A DNA stretch of 64,000 bases, taken from contig CAWGBN010000009.1 in NCBI GenBank assembly GCA_963820825.1, forward strand, positions 128,001-192,000, written 5' to 3'. Origin of the DNA: Vulcanimicrobiota bacterium (GTDB lineage Bacteria > Vulcanimicrobiota > Vulcanimicrobiia > Vulcanimicrobiales > Vulcanimicrobiaceae). Shown piece after piece: positions 60,039 to 64,000 of the stretch (positions are counted from its first letter, which is position 1; each line of letters opens with the position of its first letter). The translations under genes were made by a program, and so were the position numbers. The notes under the pieces were generated by a model, which saw only the letters and a list, made by a program, of their open reading frames with translations, was not told the DNA's origin and ran no database searches.

Positions 60039-60078
60039 ACGCTTGGGAGTTAGCGACCCGGATGGAGAAGGCCCGCGC

Positions 60079-61116
60079 ATGAAGTACCGTACGTACCCCG
60101 GCAGCGACGTCGCCGTGAGCGAAGTCGGCTTCGGTCTCTGGACGACGTCGACCGGTTGGTGGGGCGAGAAGAGCGACGAGGAAGCGGTCGCGATGCTCCA
60201 TGCCGCACACGATCTCGGCATCACGCTCTACGACGCCGCCGATACCTACGGCAACGGACGCAGTGAGGAGCAGCTCGCCAAGGCCTTCGCCGATCGCCGC
60301 GATCGCGTCGTGTACGCAACGAAGTTCGGGTACGACTTTTCAAGCGACGCCGCGCCGGCGCGGCGCGGACAATCGGAACTGCCGCAGGATTTTTCGCCGG
60401 CCTTCGTTCGCTCCGCGCTCGAGGCGTCGCTGCGCCGTCTGCAGACCGATTATATCGACATCTACCAGATGCACAACGCGCGAATGGCGCAAATAGAAGA
60501 CGACGCGCTCTGGGGGCTGCTCGAATCGCTCAAGCGCGAAGGAAAGATTCGGATGTACGGCGTCGCGCTGGGACCGGCGATCGGCTGGCTCTACGAGGGC
60601 GTCGACGCCGTGGGCAAGCGCAACGTCGCGACCTTGCAGATCATCTGGAACATGCTCGAAGAGTATCCGGGAGACGAGCAGATTCGCGCCGCGTATGAGA
60701 GCGGCGCCGATACCGGTTACATGATTCGCGTTCCGCATTCCAGCGGAATGCTCGAAGGACACTATACCGCCGAAACGACCTTCCCGAAGAACGATCACCG
60801 CCGCCATCGCCCGCGCGAGTGGCTGATCAACGGAATCGAGAAGGTGCGCCAGCTGCGCTTCCTCGAGCGCCCCAACCGGACGCTCGGTCAAGCCGCGATC
60901 GGTTGGCTTCTCAACGAGCCGCGGGTGATGACCGTGCTGCCGAACATCTACGACCGCGAGCAGCTCGTCGAGTTCGCCGCAGCCTCCGAGGCGCCGGCGC
61001 TGACCGCCGATGAGCTGGCCCGCGTCGAGGAGCTCTACCTTGACAACTTCGGCATCGACGAGCCGCCGATGGCCTTCAAAGGCACCATGGTGCGCGACGC
61101 GGAGCTCGCCCGGTGA
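60079..61116 (+). CDS. Aldo/keto reductase
   Basis: VSEVGFGLW, YDAADTYGNGRSE, ATKFG, SLRRLQTDYIDIYQMH. Confidence 0.93.
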   Translation: MKYRTYPGSDVAVSEVGFGLWTTSTGWWGEKSDEEAVAMLHAAHDLGITLYDAADTYGNGRSEEQLAKAFADRRDRVVYATKFGYDFSSDAAPARRGQSELPQDFSPAFVRSALEASLRRLQTDYIDIYQMHNARMAQIEDDALWGLLESLKREGKIRMYGVALGPAIGWLYEGVDAVGKRNVATLQIIWNMLEEYPGDEQIRAAYESGADTGYMIRVPHSSGMLEGHYTAETTFPKNDHRRHRPREWLINGIEKVRQLRFLERPNRTLGQAAIGWLLNEPRVMTVLPNIYDREQLVEFAAASEAPALTADELARVEELYLDNFGIDEPPMAFKGTMVRDAELAR

Positions 61117-61493
61117 AGCCCGAACCGATTGCGACGCCGCACGCGCCACAGCCGATCGGGCCGTACAGTCAAGCAATCCAATGCGGCAACGAACTCTACT
61201 GCAGCGGGCAGATCCCGCTCGATCCGCGCAGCGGCGAGATGATCGACGGCGACGTGGCCGCGCAGACCGAGCGCGTCATCGAAAATCTCGGTGCGGTGCT
61301 CTGCGCCGCCGGCTGCCACTACGCCGACGTCGTCAAGACGACGATCTTCCTCATCGACATGAGCGACTTTCCGGCGGTCAACAGCGTCTACGAACGGTAC
61401 TTCGGGATGACCAAGCCGGCGCGCTCGACCGTCGCCGTGGCATCGCTGCCGCGGGGCGCGCGCATTGAAATCGACTGCATCGCCAGGATGTAA
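61113..61493 (+). CDS. ridA: RidA/YjgF enamine-imine deaminase
   Basis: IGPYSQA, SGQIPLDP, PARSTVAV..LP.GA.IEID. Confidence 0.92.
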   Translation: MKPEPIATPHAPQPIGPYSQAIQCGNELYCSGQIPLDPRSGEMIDGDVAAQTERVIENLGAVLCAAGCHYADVVKTTIFLIDMSDFPAVNSVYERYFGMTKPARSTVAVASLPRGARIEIDCIARM

Positions 61494-62686
61494 CTATTGC
61501 GGAGAAATTGCCGGCGATTGTAAGAGTCGTGCCGACTCTTCTTTTGCGATCTCGGCGACGTCGGGATCGAACGATGCCTCTGCCGCTTTGAGCTGCGCGA
61601 GCGCGAGCGCGCGCTGACCCTGCGCGGCGTAGGCCCGCGCGAGCAGGTAGCGGACCCGCCCGTCGTATGGCGCCGCCGCGACGCCCTTGAGTAGCGCGGA
61701 GAGCGCGAGCGAATAGAGACCGTTATGCTCGTAATCGATGCCGAGGTTCACGTACGACTCGGGAACGTAGGGGTTGACCGAGATGGCCTGCACGTAGTAT
61801 GCGACGGCTCGCTTCCAGTCGCCGTGCATGTCGGCGAGGTAGCCAAAGTTCACGATCGCCTCGGGGCGTTCGGGCTCGAGATCGTAGGCTTTCTTGAACG
61901 ATTCGCGGGCCTCGTCGTTCCGCCCGGCCTGAATTTGCGCGACGCCGAGATTATCGAGACACGCGTAGTTTATCGGGTCGATGTTGAGGCAGTCGTTGAG
62001 CAGCTGCTCCGCCGTGGTGTACTCGCGGAGATCCAGATAGGCCATCCCGAGCCGATTGAGCGCCGCAATCGAGCGCGGCTCGCTGTCGAGCGCGCGGCGG
62101 AGATAGAGTATCGCCGAGTTCGGCTGATGGAGCGTCTCGTAGACCTCGCCGAGCTCTTCTTGTATGTCGGCATCGTTGGGATTGTCGCGCGCGGCGCGCG
62201 ACATCTCGGCTTCGTATTGCGGGAGATCGCCCTTGCGCAGATGGAGAAAAACGAGGTCGCGGATCGAATCGGTACCGGGCAGCGCGTCCTGAAACTCGAC
62301 GATCGCCGCGTCGACGTTATTCTGCGTCGCATAGACGACGCCGAGACGATTATGCGACTCCTTGTCGTGCGGATTGCGCGCCAAAAGGCTCCGGTAGACG
62401 GCTTCGGCTTGTTCGAACTTTCCCTGGCGGTAGTAGAGGTCGCCAAGGAAGCGTGCCGCTAGGTCCGCATCGGGATGCGTCGCGACGAATTGCGCGATGT
62501 CCTGGACCGCGCGGTCGAGGTCCCCGCGGCGATCAGCTCGCGCGCGTAGGTAATCGCCGCCCGCTGGTCGGCAAGCTTGTGGGCTTCCGGGGTGATGATC
62601 GATTCCTGGGCCGATGCGGTAGCGGTCAGCGCGGCCGCCGGCAGCAGAGCGACCAAGGCAAGCGCGCAAAGGGTCCGTCGAATCAT
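61494..62686 (-). CDS. Secreted TPR protein with -1 frameshift at ~62523
   Basis: Signal peptide MIRRTLCALAL in one frame, TPR repeats in another; adding one G in the G4 run restores ELIAAGDLDRA. Confidence 0.8.
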
Positions 62687-62750
62687 GTCTGGGTACCTCA
62701 ATCCCTACTATAGCGCACCGCCCAAGCGCCCCGTGACGGGCGCCGCCCCG

Positions 62751-64000
62751 TTACCGTACGAGCGGCAGAACGTTGCTCGGCGTGATCGGATAGAAGGCGA
62801 TCGCGATCACCAGGACGGCACAGATTGCGGCGCTCGCCCAAGCCAGCGGTACGAACGGGCGAAACTCTCGAACCCCACCCTGGTCGCGCTCGTACATCGC
62901 GCGGATGAACTTGGCGTAGGCGTAGAGCGAGATCGCCGTTCCGACGATCAGCAGCCCCGCCAGCCAGACGTAGCCGCTCGCAACGCTGCTCGAGAGAATC
63001 AAGATCTTTCCGAGAAAGCCGGCGGTCGGCGGCAGTCCCGCCAGCGCGAGCAGAAAGACCGTCATCGCCGCGGCGAGCCACGGGCGGCGATATCCCAGCC
63101 CGCGATAACTCGCGATCTCCGCGCCCTCTTCCTCGTCGCCTGAGATCGCCGCCGCAACCGCGAATGCGCCGAGATTCATCAGTGCGTAGGCCGCGAGGTA
63201 GTAGATCGCATAGCGCAGACCCAGCGGCGTTCCGCCTGCGAGCGCGACGAGAATGTAGCCGATCTGCGCGACGCCCGAATATCCCAGCAATCGTTTGAGA
63301 TCGTGTTGCGCGAGCATGCCGACGTTGCCGGCGATCATCGAGATTCCGGCGACGATCCAAACGGGAAGCAAGAGCCGGTCCGATACGCCGGCGGGAAGCG
63401 CCGCATAAATGAACCGCGCGAATACGGCGAGCGTTCCCGCTTTCGTCGCTACGCTCATGAAGGCGGTGACGGGCAGCGGCGCGCCCTGGAAGACGTCGGG
63501 CGTCCAGGTGTGGAACGGCACGAGGCTCAGCTTGAAGACGATGCCGATCAGAAACATGCCGGCACCCATCCAGAAGAGCGGATTCGAGGCGAGCGCGGGA
63601 TTCACGAAGTCGGCGAGCCGAACGCTTCCGGTGGCGCCGAAGAGCAGCGCGAATCCGAAGAGCAAGAATCCGGTCGCGGTCGAGCTGAGGATCAAATACT
63701 TCAGCGCGGATTCGCGCGCCGTCTTTCGATCGACCGCGCCGCAGAGCGCGTAGAGCCCGAGCGAGAGCAGCTCGAGGCCGAGAAAGATCATCAGCAGATT
63801 GGCGGCGCCGGCCATGAGCATCGCGCCGCAGGCGCTCCAGAGCATGATCGCCGTCATCCCGGCGACGCGTTGGGCCGGACCGATCGCGCCGTAGAGAATC
63901 ACCGAACCCGCAGCCGCGATCAGTATGACCTCCTGAAAGACGGTCGCAAAACCTCCGGCCATGAAGCCGCCGAAAAAGGCGTCGTAATTATGGCCGTATT
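62751..64000 (-). CDS. nuoN: NADH-quinone oxidoreductase subunit N, 5' end outside window
   Basis: LGLELLSL..Y, ESALKY, FKLSLVPFHTWTPDV.QGAP, KRLLGYS, LAGLPPTAGFLGK. Confidence 0.95.
   Translation of the reverse strand, partial: YGHNYDAFFGGFMAGGFATVFQEVILIAAAGSVILYGAIGPAQRVAGMTAIMLWSACGAMLMAGAANLLMIFLGLELLSLGLYALCGAVDRKTARESALKYLILSSTATGFLLFGFALLFGATGSVRLADFVNPALASNPLFWMGAGMFLIGIVFKLSLVPFHTWTPDVFQGAPLPVTAFMSVATKAGTLAVFARFIYAALPAGVSDRLLLPVWIVAGISMIAGNVGMLAQHDLKRLLGYSGVAQIGYILVALAGGTPLGLRYAIYYLAAYALMNLGAFAVAAAISGDEEEGAEIASYRGLGYRRPWLAAAMTVFLLALAGLPPTAGFLGKILILSSSVASGYVWLAGLLIVGTAISLYAYAKFIRAMYERDQGGVREFRPFVPLAWASAAICAVLVIAIAFYPITPSNVLPLVR

Noticed and set aside
16351..62462. Long antisense/alternate-frame ORFs (e.g. 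16351-17874, 27936-29357, 30362-32419, 57488-59041)
   Set aside because: Shadow ORFs typical of high-GC DNA opposite well-supported genes; Arg/Ala-rich with no motifs.

Overview
GC-rich bacterial window. The gene families (multiple S53 peptidases, paired phosphoesterases, a 'LLYISD...YPQG' beta-propeller lipoprotein, STAND-TPR regulators, TamB/Skp) suggest a diderm Terrabacteria lineage such as Ca. Eremiobacterota; this is inference, not a database result. The left ~19 kb looks accessory and centres on a tRNA-Ser(UGA) gene (2244-2331, minus strand). Its 5' half, cut at the end of the 7-nt anticodon loop, recurs twice upstream (5879-5917, 10078-10117). These repeats delimit two integrase-free segments: an adenylate-cyclase/NB-ARC/TPR gene, and a DUF3828-like gene plus SWIM-SNF2 helicase. 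Arm-site-like 12-bp-period repeats lie inside both ends of the first segment. The remainder encodes many secreted hydrolases, TamB and an elongated Skp-like protein, an alkyltransferase-like protein (PAHRV), an MFS-acyltransferase fusion, kynA-kynU-MATE-MgtE(N)-PucR-GS-like genes, an aromatic amino-acid decarboxylase, AKR, RidA, a TPR protein and the 3' part of nuoN. Several genes carry 1-2 bp indels that may be assembly errors. One amidohydrolase is a probable true pseudogene. No CRISPR array, rRNA, transposase or integrase was seen.
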